DNA of 27,531 bases from contig JAQGDQ010002464.1 in NCBI GenBank assembly GCA_030141605.1, forward strand, positions 1 through 27,531, in the 5' to 3' direction. Positions within the stretch are counted from its first letter, which is position 1, and every line of letters starts with the position of its first letter. This DNA comes from Tubiluchus corallicola. Lineage: Eukaryota > Animalia > Priapulida. A program made the position numbers and the translations under genes. The notes beneath the pieces are model-generated. The model saw only the letters and a list, made by a program, of their open reading frames with translations, was not told the DNA's origin and ran no database searches. This document shows positions 1 through 10,465 of the stretch, one piece after another.

Positions 1-255
1 TGAAAAATCAATTTTTTTTGTATCTAGGTCATTATAAAATATTTCTAATGATAAATGAGTTGGAATATAATTCCCATATTTACTTTTGTCATTAATGCTG
101 TCTTTCCCACTAACAACATGCCAATTAGTTATTAAATAAATATCCTTATTTTTTCCTTCATAAAAAAAACCCGTTGATTTTCCTAGTTCTTTGTCATTAC
201 TTTTTACAGTAATCAAATATGATGCCAAGGAAAATGGATTTATGTTTTTTAGCAT
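1..255 (-). CDS. Trypsin-like (S1/PA clan) serine protease, N-terminal part; runs off the window edge
   Basis: Not in the ORF track. AGGAGG RBS then ATG at 255. Manual translation MLKNINPFSLASYLITVKSNDKELGKSTGFFYEGKNKDIYLITNWHVVSG carries the TGFF...YLITNxHVV motif around the catalytic His. Confidence 0.8.
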   Translation of the reverse strand, partial: MLKNINPFSLASYLITVKSNDKELGKSTGFFYEGKNKDIYLITNWHVVSGKDSINDKSKYGNYIPTHLSLEIFYNDLDTKKIDFS

Positions 256-337
256 TAAGCCTCCTAACTATATTAAATTTAAACTTACATAGCTTAAGGT
301 GTCATTTTCAAAAAAAAAACTAAATATAATATATAAC

Positions 338-366
338 ATTGTATAAAAAATAATATTTTTTTGCAA
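338..366 (-). promoter_or_regulatory. Sigma70-type promoter for the protease gene
   Basis: Minus strand TTGCAA-17 bp-TACAAT, ~80 bp upstream of the ATG. Confidence 0.5.
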
Positions 367-430
367 GACTAAACATAGCATTACATTAAATTTTTTAAGC
401 AATATTTTTATTTATCATAAATTTTATTTT

Positions 431-466
431 AATAATTAATATATTAAATTTAATATATTAATTATT
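431..466. repeat. Perfect 36-bp all-A/T palindrome
   Basis: AATAATTAATATATTAAATTTAATATATTAATTATT equals its own reverse complement. Confidence 0.9.
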
Positions 467-833
467 TTTTGTAATAATTTATGCACATTTAAATTTTAAT
501 TTCAACAACTCTTTTATTCCTTTTGTATCGCATTTCCTTTTATTCTAATATTTTATTTTAGCTTTTTTGGCTAGTTTGTTTACTATGAAACTTATACAGT
601 TTTTTAAAATCATATATAACACTTTTAAAATCTACTTAATTTTAATTTTTGATTACATAAAAACTTTATTTTTATATAACGTTTAATTAAAAATCACTAA
701 ATAAATAATTTTTAATAATTTACTAAATTCTTTAAGATAGGTTTTTAACAGAAATTTATCAATAAGTTCTATGTCAAGTTATTTTATTATTTAACCAAAT
801 TTTCAAATTTTATTTTTGCTATAGTATTATTTA

Positions 834-2120
834 TTAGTTTTTAATATTTTTTTCTTTTAGCATTTTCTCTAATATTTTAACGCCATCGGCTTCATTTAAA
901 AATTCTTCATTTAATTGTCTTTCGTACATCTCTCCAATAATTTCTTTAAAAATTTTATTAGGTTTCAGTCCAAGTTCTATAAGATGCCTACCTAGTATAA
1001 TAGGCTTTACCTCATCTTTTATTTCGTTATACATTTTCAGTATTTTGTCTAAATAATCTTTTTTAGGAAAACCTCTACTACAAACATCAGCTTCATTTAA
1101 TTTAACTAATCTAGGTATATCTACTTTTAGAGAAAGTTTTCTAATAAATTTTTTAGTAAACACTCCACTACAAAAGACCATATGGCTGTTAATAAGTTTA
1201 AATACTGTCTGATTTATACTCTTATCATTAGTAATTTTTTTTAATAAATCTTTAGATGCCATAGCTCCAACTCTTTCATGAGAGTAAAAATGTATATTAT
1301 CCCCATCAGAAATACTTGTAACCATCCCCTTTCCTACATCATGAAAAAAAATAGCTAGCATAGTTTCAAAGTCTCTTTCTTCCATAGATAGGTAATCCAA
1401 AGCTAACATAGTATGTTCAAATACATTTCCTTCAGGGTGGTATTTTTTCCCCTGTTTTATAAACTTTAACCTTGAAATTTCTGGCAATAAAATGTTTAAA
1501 GCCCCTATTTTATCAAGCCATCTAAAGGCAACTGATGGCTTATTAGTATTCAAAAAAATTTTCTGCATTTCTATTTCTATTCTTTCCTTTGCTAAGTTAT
1601 TTATTTGCCATATACTTTTAGAAGCTAAAATTTCAGTTTCTTTGGACACATTAAAATTAAGCTTTGCTATTAGCTGAGCTACTCTTAATATTCTAAGTGG
1701 GTCTTCTATAAAGGTATTCTTATTGTTACATTTTATCAATTTATTTTGTATATCCATTAAGGCATTTAAAGGGTCTATTATATTATTTGTTAGAGGATCA
1801 TATAATAAAGAATTTATAGAAAGATCTCTTCTTTTACATGCTTCCTCTATTGATACGTAAGGATCTTCCTTGTTTTTATTATTTCTTGGAATAGAAAACT
1901 CATAATTTTTAAGTTTGTATATTTTAAATATTCCAAATTCTTTTGTTTTTCCAAATAATTTTAATGTTTCTTTTAATTTTTCTTTTGAAATGCTGTATAC
2001 TTCAACATCAATATCTTTAGAGTCAACGTTTAAGATCATATCTCTAACATATCCCCCAACAATATATGCTTTTCCACCTCTTTTTTCTATTTCTTTAAAT
2101 ATTTTTTTTAATAGCTCCAT
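834..2120 (-). CDS. cca: Class II tRNA nucleotidyltransferase with HD domain (possibly CC-adding)
   Basis: VGGYVRD...DIDVE (motif A), RRDLSIN (motif B), EDPLRILR (motif D), HPEGNVFEHT and HDVGK (HD domain). Confidence 0.9.
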   Translation of the reverse strand: MELLKKIFKEIEKRGGKAYIVGGYVRDMILNVDSKDIDVEVYSISKEKLKETLKLFGKTKEFGIFKIYKLKNYEFSIPRNNKNKEDPYVSIEEACKRRDLSINSLLYDPLTNNIIDPLNALMDIQNKLIKCNNKNTFIEDPLRILRVAQLIAKLNFNVSKETEILASKSIWQINNLAKERIEIEMQKIFLNTNKPSVAFRWLDKIGALNILLPEISRLKFIKQGKKYHPEGNVFEHTMLALDYLSMEERDFETMLAIFFHDVGKGMVTSISDGDNIHFYSHERVGAMASKDLLKKITNDKSINQTVFKLINSHMVFCSGVFTKKFIRKLSLKVDIPRLVKLNEADVCSRGFPKKDYLDKILKMYNEIKDEVKPIILGRHLIELGLKPNKIFKEIIGEMYERQLNEEFLNEADGVKILEKMLKEKNIKN

Positions 2121-2313
2121 TTTAACTCCTTGTTATTTTAATTAACTACAATAAAATCAATAAGTTTAATAGTTCTATTTAAAATAGTATATAACTTTTC
2201 AGATTAAAGTTCAATTTTTTCATAATCTGATAAATAGCATTTTTTATATTCTAGTAAAAAAATATAATTTTGCTTTATAAAAAGTTTATGCATTTTAAGT
2301 ACAAAATTTTATA

Positions 2314-2333
2314 TATAGCTTATAAAAGCTATA
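2314..2333. repeat. Inverted repeat in the cca/yaaA divergent intergenic region
   Basis: TATAGCTT-ATAA-AAGCTATA. Confidence 0.5.
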
Positions 2334-2424
2334 CCAATAGAAATGTTATTTCCATATTTTTATATTATTTTGAATATATTGTAATCTAACAGCACTTTAA
2401 AAAATTATTAAACTATGGTGTTAG

Positions 2425-2453
2425 TTGATAAATCATAGTAAATATGATAAAAT
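2425..2453 (+). promoter_or_regulatory. Sigma70 promoter with extended -10 for the yaaA-recF-gyr operon
   Basis: TTGATA-17 bp-TAAAAT with TGn immediately before the -10, 40 bp upstream of the ATG. Confidence 0.65.
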
Positions 2454-2492
2454 TAATAAGTTTAAAAAGATCAAAATTTAAAAGGGATAAAA

Positions 2493-2720
2493 ATGGAAAA
2501 AATAGAAATAACAACTGAATTTATAAAACTAGACCAATTTATAAAGTGGATTGGCTTAGTTCAAAGTGGTACTGAGGCAAAATACATTATTGCAAAAGGG
2601 AAAGTCATTGTTAATAGTAAAGTAGAGTTAAGAAGAGGCAAAAAACTATATCCTGGGATGACAATTGATATAGATAAAAAATCTTATATCATAGAAAAAT
2701 CATATGAAGATCAGACATAA
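2493..2720 (+). CDS. yaaA: S4-domain RNA-binding protein YaaA
   Basis: EFIKLDQFIKW..SGTEAK...RRGKKL signature; sits directly before recF. Confidence 0.9.
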   Translation: MEKIEITTEFIKLDQFIKWIGLVQSGTEAKYIIAKGKVIVNSKVELRRGKKLYPGMTIDIDKKSYIIEKSYEDQT

Positions 2721-2741
2721 TGTTTGATTTGAGGTGAAGTT

Positions 2742-3830
2742 TTGAAAATAAAAAATATTAGTTATGTTAACTTTAGAAATTTAAATGATAACTCAATCAA
2801 TATCTCAGATAACTTTAATGTTTTTATTGGAAAAAATGGACATGGTAAAACAAGTATTCTTGAAGCCATATACTTTTCAGCTACAGGAAAAAGCTTTAAA
2901 TCAAAAAGAATAAAGGAATCCATAAAATATAATAATGACAAAATGGGAACTTTTATCCTTTATGAAGATGATACTAATAAATCTTTATCAGTAAAGTTAA
3001 GTAATAACAATAAAAAATTTTTCTTTAATGGAAATCTAGCATCTTATGATGATTTTCTTGGTAAACTTAATATTATATCATTTATTCCAGAGGACATAGA
3101 GCTAATAACTGGTTCTCCATCTTTTAGGAGAGCTTTTTTTGACTATGAAATTTCCCAAATTAATAATGATTATTATAAAAATTTAAAAAATTACAATAAA
3201 GTTTTAAAAAGTAGAAATTCAATCTTAAAAAACAAAGATTATAAAAATTCACTGTTTGATATCTATAATGAGAAGTTTATAAATCTTAGCCTAAAAATAA
3301 TAGAAAAAAGGTTTGATTATGTAAAGAAAATATCTATTTTACTTAACTTGAATTATAGAAAACTATTTGATGATACAAATGAATTAAACCTTATTTATAC
3401 TTCTTCAGTTGGAGTGTTAAAGTCTTTTAATAAAAAAAATGTGGAAAATTTAATAAAAGAAAAAATGGAAAAAATTTTTTTACGGGAAAAAAAACTAGGA
3501 TATTCACTTATTGGACCTCAAAAAGATGATTTTACATTTTTACTAAATAATAAAGAATGCAAGTATTTTTCCTCTCAAGGTGAAAAAAAATCTGTGATTT
3601 TTGCATTAAAGATCGCAGAAATAGATATGGTAATTAGAGAAAAGAAAAAAAAACCCATTTTTTTAATTGACGATATCGGATCTTATTTTGATTCAATTAG
3701 AAAAGAAAGTATTATAAAGTATTTTAAAAATAGAGATATACAAGTATTTATTACATCAACTTCAAAAATTCATAGCGAATCTTTTGTTTTTTATGTTGAA
3801 AATGGAGAAATCTGTGAAGAAAGTATATAA
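2742..3830 (+). CDS. recF: DNA replication and repair protein RecF
   Basis: Walker A GKNGHGKTS, GSPSFRR, SSQGEKK signature, LIDD Walker B; TTG start after GAGGTG. Confidence 0.95.
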   Translation: MKIKNISYVNFRNLNDNSINISDNFNVFIGKNGHGKTSILEAIYFSATGKSFKSKRIKESIKYNNDKMGTFILYEDDTNKSLSVKLSNNNKKFFFNGNLASYDDFLGKLNIISFIPEDIELITGSPSFRRAFFDYEISQINNDYYKNLKNYNKVLKSRNSILKNKDYKNSLFDIYNEKFINLSLKIIEKRFDYVKKISILLNLNYRKLFDDTNELNLIYTSSVGVLKSFNKKNVENLIKEKMEKIFLREKKLGYSLIGPQKDDFTFLLNNKECKYFSSQGEKKSVIFALKIAEIDMVIREKKKKPIFLIDDIGSYFDSIRKESIIKYFKNRDIQVFITSTSKIHSESFVFYVENGEICEESI

Positions 3831-4668
3831 TATAAATGAGGTAATTAACTTAAATGCAAATAATAAAGTATATAAAAAATTATTATTAAAAATAAAATGG
3901 TGTGAATTTTTTCCGGAATATTGTAACTACAGTGATATTATATATTTAAAAGAAAATACTTTGTGTATTAGTACAATAAATTCAATGTGGACTAATGAAC
4001 TAAATTTAAATAAAAATATTATTTTAGAAAAAATAAACAATTTTTTTAAAGATGAAAAAATAACTAAACTATTGTTTAAACAAAATTATGTTCAAGCTAA
4101 TGAAAATAAAAAAAATAGTGCTGAAGATAAAAATAAACTATTAATTAAAGTTTCTCAAAAAGAAATAAACGATATCAAAAATGAATTAAAAAATATAAAA
4201 AGTAGTGAATTCCGTGAAAAAATGTACCTAATGAGTATAGAGAAAATAAAAAGAGAGAAGTACTTATTATTAAAAGGGTATAAAAAATGCAAGAAATGTG
4301 GTCTAATGTTTAAATCAGAAAGCGAAATATGTTTACTATGCAAAATGGCAGTAAAGAAAAGTAAAATAAATTTTATTATAAAAATATTGAGAAATAGCCC
4401 TGAAACAACATACAGTGACATAAAAAAAGTAATTAATATCAATGAAGATATGTTTTATGAAAGTAAAAAGATATTACTTGATAAAGTAAAAAGAAAAATT
4501 AAAATAGCTATAAAGAATAATAAGAAAGACCTTGCCTATACATTGGTAAAGTTTTATTTATCACTTGAAATGTCTAAGAAAAATATAGAAAAAAGAGATG
4601 TAACTACATTGCTTAATTTATATGAGGAAAAAATAATTAAATTCTCTAGTGGAGGTTTTCATGAGTAA
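3814..4668 (+). CDS. DUF721/DciA-family protein, long form with Zn ribbon
   Basis: Between recF and gyrB; W...L.I...NSMWTNEL...ILEKIN pattern; CKKC-x10-CLLC. Probable GTG start at 3814 after GGAG (ORF track starts at 3784). Confidence 0.7.
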   Translation: MKKVYNINEVINLNANNKVYKKLLLKIKWCEFFPEYCNYSDIIYLKENTLCISTINSMWTNELNLNKNIILEKINNFFKDEKITKLLFKQNYVQANENKKNSAEDKNKLLIKVSQKEINDIKNELKNIKSSEFREKMYLMSIEKIKREKYLLLKGYKKCKKCGLMFKSESEICLLCKMAVKKSKINFIIKILRNSPETTYSDIKKVININEDMFYESKKILLDKVKRKIKIAIKNNKKDLAYTLVKFYLSLEMSKKNIEKRDVTTLLNLYEEKIIKFSSGGFHE

Positions 4669-6562
4669 TTATAAAGCAGAAAATATAACAGTGCTTGAAG
4701 GACTTGAAGCAGTTAGAAAGAGGCCAGGAATGTATATAGGAACCACTTCCCAAAGAGGGTTACATCACCTAGTTTGGGAAGTAGTAGACAATAGCGTTGA
4801 TGAAGCCTTAGCAGGTGTTTGTGATACTATAGAGGTAAATGTCCTTCCTGATAACATAATCGAAGTCAGTGATAATGGGAGAGGAATACCTGTTGGAATG
4901 CACCCTAAACACAACAAATCAGCTCTTGAAATAGTAATGACTGTATTACATGCTGGAGGAAAGTTTGAAAAAGGAAACTATAAGGTTTCTGGAGGTCTAC
5001 ATGGTGTAGGAATATCAGTAGTTAATGCCCTTTCTTCTTGGACAGAAGTTTATGTTAAAAGAGAAGGAAAAATATGGTTTCAAAGATATAATATAGGTAT
5101 ACCTGAAGAACCTGTAAAAGTGGTAGGTAACTCTAATGAAACTGGCACTAAAGTGAGATTTAAGGCAGATCCAGAAATATTTGAAACAATAATTTATGAT
5201 TATGATATTTTGCTTACAAGGCTAAAAGAACTTGCATACCTAAATAATGGCTTAACTGTAAAATTAAATGACACTAGAGAGGAAGTTCCAAAAGAAGATA
5301 ATTTATTCTTTGAAGGAGGGATAGTCGATTTTATAAATGAGGTAGAAAAAGAAAACAGGATAATACCTGAGCCTATACATATGAAAGGAGAAAGTGAAGA
5401 TATACAAGTAGAAGTAGCTCTTATATATACTTCTAAACAAAGAGAAACCCTTTATTCTTTTGTAAATAATATTAATACTAAGGAAGGTGGAAGTCATATA
5501 AGTGGCCTTAAAACAGCTCTTACAAGAGTTGTTAATGAGGTTGCAAAATCACAACAATTTATAAAAGAAAAAGATGGTAAATTTCAAGGAACAGATATTA
5601 GAGAAGGATTGACTGCCATAGTTAGCGTAAAAGTTCCAGAGCCTCAATTTGAAGGCCAAACTAAAACTAAATTAGGAAATTCTGAAGTTACAGGAATTGT
5701 TTCTTCAATTGTTGGAAATCACTTAAAAATCTACTTAGAAGATAATACAAAGGAAACTAAAATAATAATAGAAAGAATACTCATGGCTAAAAAAGCTAGA
5801 GATGCAGCAAGAAAAGCTAGAGATTTAGTAATGAGAAAAAGCGCATTAGAAGTAGGCTCTCTTCCAGGAAAACTTGCTGATTGCTCTTCTAAAAACCCTG
5901 AAGAAAGTGAAATATATATCGTTGAAGGTGACTCTGCAGGAGGGTCTGCTAAACAAGGAAGAGATCGTTTTACTCAAGCAATACTACCACTTAGAGGAAA
6001 AATCATAAATGTTGAAAAATCAGGAATACATAAAGCGTTAGAAAACAATGAAATTAGATCTTTGGTTACAGCTTTTGGAACTAATATCGGCGATGATTTT
6101 AATATTGAAAATTTAAGATACCATAAAATTATTATAATGACAGATGCTGATGTAGATGGAGCGCATATAAGAACTCTTATACTTACTTTTATCTATAGAT
6201 ATTTTATAGATCTTATCCTAAATGGTAATATCTATATAGCTCAACCTCCTTTGTATAAAGTCGCAATAGGAAAATCGATCAGATATGCATATAATGAAAA
6301 GCAATTACAAAGGATAACTTTAGATTTAGAAGAAAATAATAAAAAATACTCTATTCAAAGATATAAAGGCTTAGGAGAAATGAATCCTGATCAGCTATGG
6401 GAAACAACTATGAACCCTGACACGAGAACTCTACTTCAAGTAACTTTAGAAGATGCAGTTGAAGCAGATAAGCTTTTTAATATATTAATGGGAGACCAAG
6501 TTGAGCCAAGAAGGCTTTTTATAGAAGAGCATGCAAAATATGTGAGAAATTTAGATATCTAA
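4661..6562 (+). CDS. gyrB: DNA gyrase subunit B
   Basis: [41 protein letters not shown]; ATG at 4661 after GGAGG. Confidence 0.98.
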   Translation: MSNYKAENITVLEGLEAVRKRPGMYIGTTSQRGLHHLVWEVVDNSVDEALAGVCDTIEVNVLPDNIIEVSDNGRGIPVGMHPKHNKSALEIVMTVLHAGGKFEKGNYKVSGGLHGVGISVVNALSSWTEVYVKREGKIWFQRYNIGIPEEPVKVVGNSNETGTKVRFKADPEIFETIIYDYDILLTRLKELAYLNNGLTVKLNDTREEVPKEDNLFFEGGIVDFINEVEKENRIIPEPIHMKGESEDIQVEVALIYTSKQRETLYSFVNNINTKEGGSHISGLKTALTRVVNEVAKSQQFIKEKDGKFQGTDIREGLTAIVSVKVPEPQFEGQTKTKLGNSEVTGIVSSIVGNHLKIYLEDNTKETKIIIERILMAKKARDAARKARDLVMRKSALEVGSLPGKLADCSSKNPEESEIYIVEGDSAGGSAKQGRDRFTQAILPLRGKIINVEKSGIHKALENNEIRSLVTAFGTNIGDDFNIENLRYHKIIIMTDADVDGAHIRTLILTFIYRYFIDLILNGNIYIAQPPLYKVAIGKSIRYAYNEKQLQRITLDLEENNKKYSIQRYKGLGEMNPDQLWETTMNPDTRTLLQVTLEDAVEADKLFNILMGDQVEPRRLFIEEHAKYVRNLDI

Positions 6563-6580
6563 GACTGTAGGAGGAAATTT

Positions 6581-9097
6581 ATGTCAGAACAGAAGATAAC
6601 ATTAGAACAAATAACTTCTATTTATGTAGAAGATGAAATAAAAGACTCTTATCTTGACTACTCTATGAGTGTTATTGTAAGCAGGGCACTTCCAGATGTA
6701 AGAGATGGTTTAAAACCTGTGCATAGAAGAATTTTATATGCAATGGACGATATGGGAATGAGTCATGATAAGCCTCATAAAAAATGTGCAAGAATAGTTG
6801 GAGAAGTGCTAGGTAAATATCACCCACATGGAGACACAGCTGTCTATAATGCTTTAGTTCGAATGGCCCAAGACTTTAATTTTAGATATGAGCTTATAAA
6901 TGGGCACGGGAATTTTGGGTCTATTGATGGCGATTCTGCAGCTGCTATGAGATATACTGAAGCAAGACTTAGTAAAATATCTAGCGAGCTTTTAAAAGAT
7001 ATAGATAAAGACACTATTAATTATAGAAAAAATTTCGACGACAGTCTAGATGAACCTATAGTTTTACCTGCAAGACTACCTAACCTACTGCTAAATGGTT
7101 CAACTGGAATAGCTGTTGGAATGGCTACAAGCATACCTCCTCATAATTTAAGTGAACTTGTAGACTCAATTTTAGCACTTATTGATAACACAGAAATTAC
7201 TATTCCAGAATTAATGAAAATAATCCCAGGTCCAGACTTTCCCACAAAAGGTTTGATTAATGGAAAAAATGGCATTGTATCTGCTTACACTACAGGTAGA
7301 GGTAGGATAAAAGTAAGAGGTAAGGTAGACATAAAAGAACTAAAATCAGGAAAACCTATAATTATTATAAAGGAAATACCTTATCAAGTAAACAAATCTA
7401 AATTGATTGAAAAAATTGCTGATTTAGTAAAAATAAAGAAAATAACTGGTATTACAGACCTTAGGGATGAATCTGATAGAAATGGAATAAGAATAGTCAT
7501 TGAGTTAAAAAAAGGAGAAGAACCTGAGTTAGTACTAAATAAATTATACAAATACACAGATCTTCAAACAACATTTAGTATGATTATGCTTGCACTTGTT
7601 AATAATATTCCTAAAATCTTAAATCTAAAAGAAATATTAACCCATTACATAAACCACAGATTTGAAGTTATTACAAGAAAAGTCAAGTATGAATTAACTA
7701 AAGCAGAAAAAAGATCACACATTTTAGAAGGTTTTAGAACTGCTTTAGATAATATAGACAGAATTATAGATATCGTTAGAAAATCAAAAGATGCTAATGA
7801 AGCAAAAGAACTTTTAATAAATAATTTTAGCTTTTCTGAAATTCAATCTAAAGCAATACTAGATATGAGAATACAAAGATTAACAGGCCTTGAAAGAGAA
7901 AAAATCGAAGAAGAGTACATGCATTTATTGGAAACAATAAAAGATTTAAAAGACATACTTTCAAATGACAGTAGAATATACACTATTATGAAAGAAGATC
8001 TATTAGAAATAAAAGAAAAATACGGAGATAGTAGAAGAACCATAATAGAAGAATCTGCTCAAGAAATTAATATTGAAGATTTAATAAAAGATGAAAAAGT
8101 TATAGTAACTTTGACCAATAAAGGATACATAAAAAGAATGACTTTAAGTTCATATAAAGCTCAAAGAAGAGGTGGAAAGGGTGTATCTTCTCAACATACA
8201 GTTGATGGAGATTTTGTAGAAAGTATGTATACAGCATCAAATTTAGATAACTTTATGATATTTACTAATTTAGGTAAAGTATATAATATAAAAGTATATG
8301 AAATACCCGAATCTTCAAAACAAGCTAGAGGAAAATTAATTTCTAACCTTATAAACTTAGATGACAGTGAAAAAGTAAGATCTATAATTAAAGTAAGAAA
8401 TTTCGATGATATCAGTGAAATATTTTTCCTTACTAGAAATGGAACTGTGAAGAAAACTAAGCTCACTGCATATAAAAATATAAACAGAAATGGACTAATT
8501 GCAATAAAATTAAGAAACAATGATGACATTATCTATGCAGGCTTAATAACAGATGGAAATTCTAAAATATTTATAGCAACAAAATTAGGATATTCAATAA
8601 AGTTTCAAAGTGACAACTTAAGAAGTCTAGGTAGAAGTACAACTGGAGTAAAGGGCATAACTCTTCGAAGTGGAGATGAAGTTGTATCAGGAGCTGTTAT
8701 AGAAAGAGAAAATGTGTCTATATTAAGTATGACTAAAAATGGGTATGGAAAAAGAACAGATATTAATGATTATCCTGTGCAATCAAGAGCTGGGAAAGGA
8801 GTTATAAATATAAGAGTAAGTGAAAAAAATGGTAATGTTGTAGAAGTTAAATCTGTTTCCGAAGACGAGGAAATATTAGCAATTAGCTCAAATGGCGCTT
8901 TAATTAGAACACCAGTTAATATGATATCTGCAATTGGGCGTATAACACAAGGTGTTAGAATAATGAGACTAAAAAGTAGTGACCACCTTGTGTCTATAGT
9001 AAAAGTGAAAAAAAACATTGAAGAAGAAATAGATAAAGAAATAAATGATGAGGAAGTTCAAAGTAAAATAGAAAATGAATCAAAGTTATTATTTTAA
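6581..9097 (+). CDS. gyrA: DNA gyrase subunit A
   Basis: [24 protein letters not shown] active-site Tyr, GyrA-box QRRGGKG. Confidence 0.98.
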   Translation: MSEQKITLEQITSIYVEDEIKDSYLDYSMSVIVSRALPDVRDGLKPVHRRILYAMDDMGMSHDKPHKKCARIVGEVLGKYHPHGDTAVYNALVRMAQDFNFRYELINGHGNFGSIDGDSAAAMRYTEARLSKISSELLKDIDKDTINYRKNFDDSLDEPIVLPARLPNLLLNGSTGIAVGMATSIPPHNLSELVDSILALIDNTEITIPELMKIIPGPDFPTKGLINGKNGIVSAYTTGRGRIKVRGKVDIKELKSGKPIIIIKEIPYQVNKSKLIEKIADLVKIKKITGITDLRDESDRNGIRIVIELKKGEEPELVLNKLYKYTDLQTTFSMIMLALVNNIPKILNLKEILTHYINHRFEVITRKVKYELTKAEKRSHILEGFRTALDNIDRIIDIVRKSKDANEAKELLINNFSFSEIQSKAILDMRIQRLTGLEREKIEEEYMHLLETIKDLKDILSNDSRIYTIMKEDLLEIKEKYGDSRRTIIEESAQEINIEDLIKDEKVIVTLTNKGYIKRMTLSSYKAQRRGGKGVSSQHTVDGDFVESMYTASNLDNFMIFTNLGKVYNIKVYEIPESSKQARGKLISNLINLDDSEKVRSIIKVRNFDDISEIFFLTRNGTVKKTKLTAYKNINRNGLIAIKLRNNDDIIYAGLITDGNSKIFIATKLGYSIKFQSDNLRSLGRSTTGVKGITLRSGDEVVSGAVIERENVSILSMTKNGYGKRTDINDYPVQSRAGKGVINIRVSEKNGNVVEVKSVSEDEEILAISSNGALIRTPVNMISAIGRITQGVRIMRLKSSDHLVSIVKVKKNIEEEIDKEINDEEVQSKIENESKLLF

Positions 9098-9147
9098 AAT
9101 AGATTTCCTAAAAAAAATTTTGCTAGGTCTAATTAAGGAGTTTTTAA

Positions 9148-9648
9148 ATGAACCCAATAAAAATTTTTACTATTTTTATAATATTTTTTTTATTTTCCTG
9201 CACATTAGTTAAGGAAAATAATGAAGCTAAAATGAAGAAAACAAAAAAAATTGATGAAAAAGAAATATCAGAGATTATAAAGTTAGCTAAACAAAAGATA
9301 AATTCTCCTTATGTTTACGGTGCAAAAGGTCCAAATTCTTTTGATTGTTCAGGTTTTGTATATTATGTCTATAAAAATGCTGCTTCTGTAGAGTTACCAA
9401 GAACATCTTATAATCAAGCTGATTATGTTGAAAAGATAACAAAAAAAAATGTAAGAGAAGGAGATCTTGTTTTCTTTGATACTTCTACTAAAGGTAGTGG
9501 AAAGGTTAATCATGTAGGAATATATTTAGGTAATGGTAAATTTATACATGCCTCTTCTGGAAAAAATAGTAAAAGAGTAGTAATCTCAGACATTGAATCT
9601 AATTTTTATTCTACAGCTTTTAAATGGGGAGGAAAAGTAAGTAAATAG
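9148..9648 (+). CDS. NlpC/P60 (C40) cell-wall peptidase lipoprotein
   Basis: Lipobox LFSC; YVYG..GPNSFDCSGF, GDLVFF, HVGIYLG...FIHASS. Confidence 0.92.
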   Translation: MNPIKIFTIFIIFFLFSCTLVKENNEAKMKKTKKIDEKEISEIIKLAKQKINSPYVYGAKGPNSFDCSGFVYYVYKNAASVELPRTSYNQADYVEKITKKNVREGDLVFFDTSTKGSGKVNHVGIYLGNGKFIHASSGKNSKRVVISDIESNFYSTAFKWGGKVSK

Positions 9649-9694
9649 TCAAATGCTTTAAGCACCATTTATTGTATCATATTATATTTACACT

Positions 9695-9723
9695 AAAAAA
9701 AAGAGCCTATAGGCTCTTTTTTT
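9695..9723. terminator. Bidirectional intrinsic terminator
   Basis: A8-GAGCCT-AT-AGGCTC-T7 between convergent genes. Confidence 0.85.
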
Positions 9724-9963
9724 ATGGTTGTTTAAGGAGGTACTTTCTATAATTTTTTCAAAAATTAGAATAAATTTTAAATGTTAAGGTTATAGTATAA
9801 GTATACATTCCCTATCTTTATTTTATCTGTATTTAATCTTAGAATTTTCTTAGTTTATTACTTTAAATTTTATTTAATGATGTAAAAATCTTATATTTAA
9901 ACAAATATAAATATTAACAATTAAAGAGTTGTAATATAAAAAACAGCTATTTCTATTAATAGT

Positions 9964-10464
9964 CTATTCACTTCTCCAATCAATACCATTTCCAAAAGGA
10001 TCGCTACCATCTTCTCCTATAATGTTTGCATGAATTTCACCAGTTCTACTATCATAAAGCCAGCCGCCAAGGTCGCTTACTTTTATATTCTGAGGAAGAT
10101 CTATAATATAATTTACTTCTATAATTTTATTGGAAGGCATTACATTATTAAAACCAGGAGTTTCTGGCAATTTATTTTTTTTGTAATATTCCGTAAATCT
10201 TTCCTTTCTTAAAGTATTGTTTTGATTTCCACCTGCTACAACTTTTTCTAATTCATCTTCATTTCCTATTAAATTTGGATATATTCCATTATTTTTATAA
10301 AATTCATTTATACTCTGTCTAAGCTCAATTATATCAAGTTGTAGTTTAGATACTTTATTAATCTTTGTTGTTTCTTTATACCTTAAATACCCTAAAAAAA
10401 ATACAACAGAAATAACCCCTATTAAGACTAATATTTCCAATAAAGTGAACCCCTTTTTTTTCAT
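9964..10464 (-). CDS. Type IV pilin / T2SS pseudopilin-like protein
   Basis: Class III signal KKKG|FTLLE followed by a hydrophobic helix. Confidence 0.85.
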   Translation of the reverse strand: MKKKGFTLLEILVLIGVISVVFFLGYLRYKETTKINKVSKLQLDIIELRQSINEFYKNNGIYPNLIGNEDELEKVVAGGNQNNTLRKERFTEYYKKNKLPETPGFNNVMPSNKIIEVNYIIDLPQNIKVSDLGGWLYDSRTGEIHANIIGEDGSDPFGNGIDWRSE

Positions 10465-10465
10465 T

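Noticed and set aside
256-833. oriC call
   Set aside because: No consensus TTATCCACA boxes seen; only degenerate words expected in AT-rich DNA
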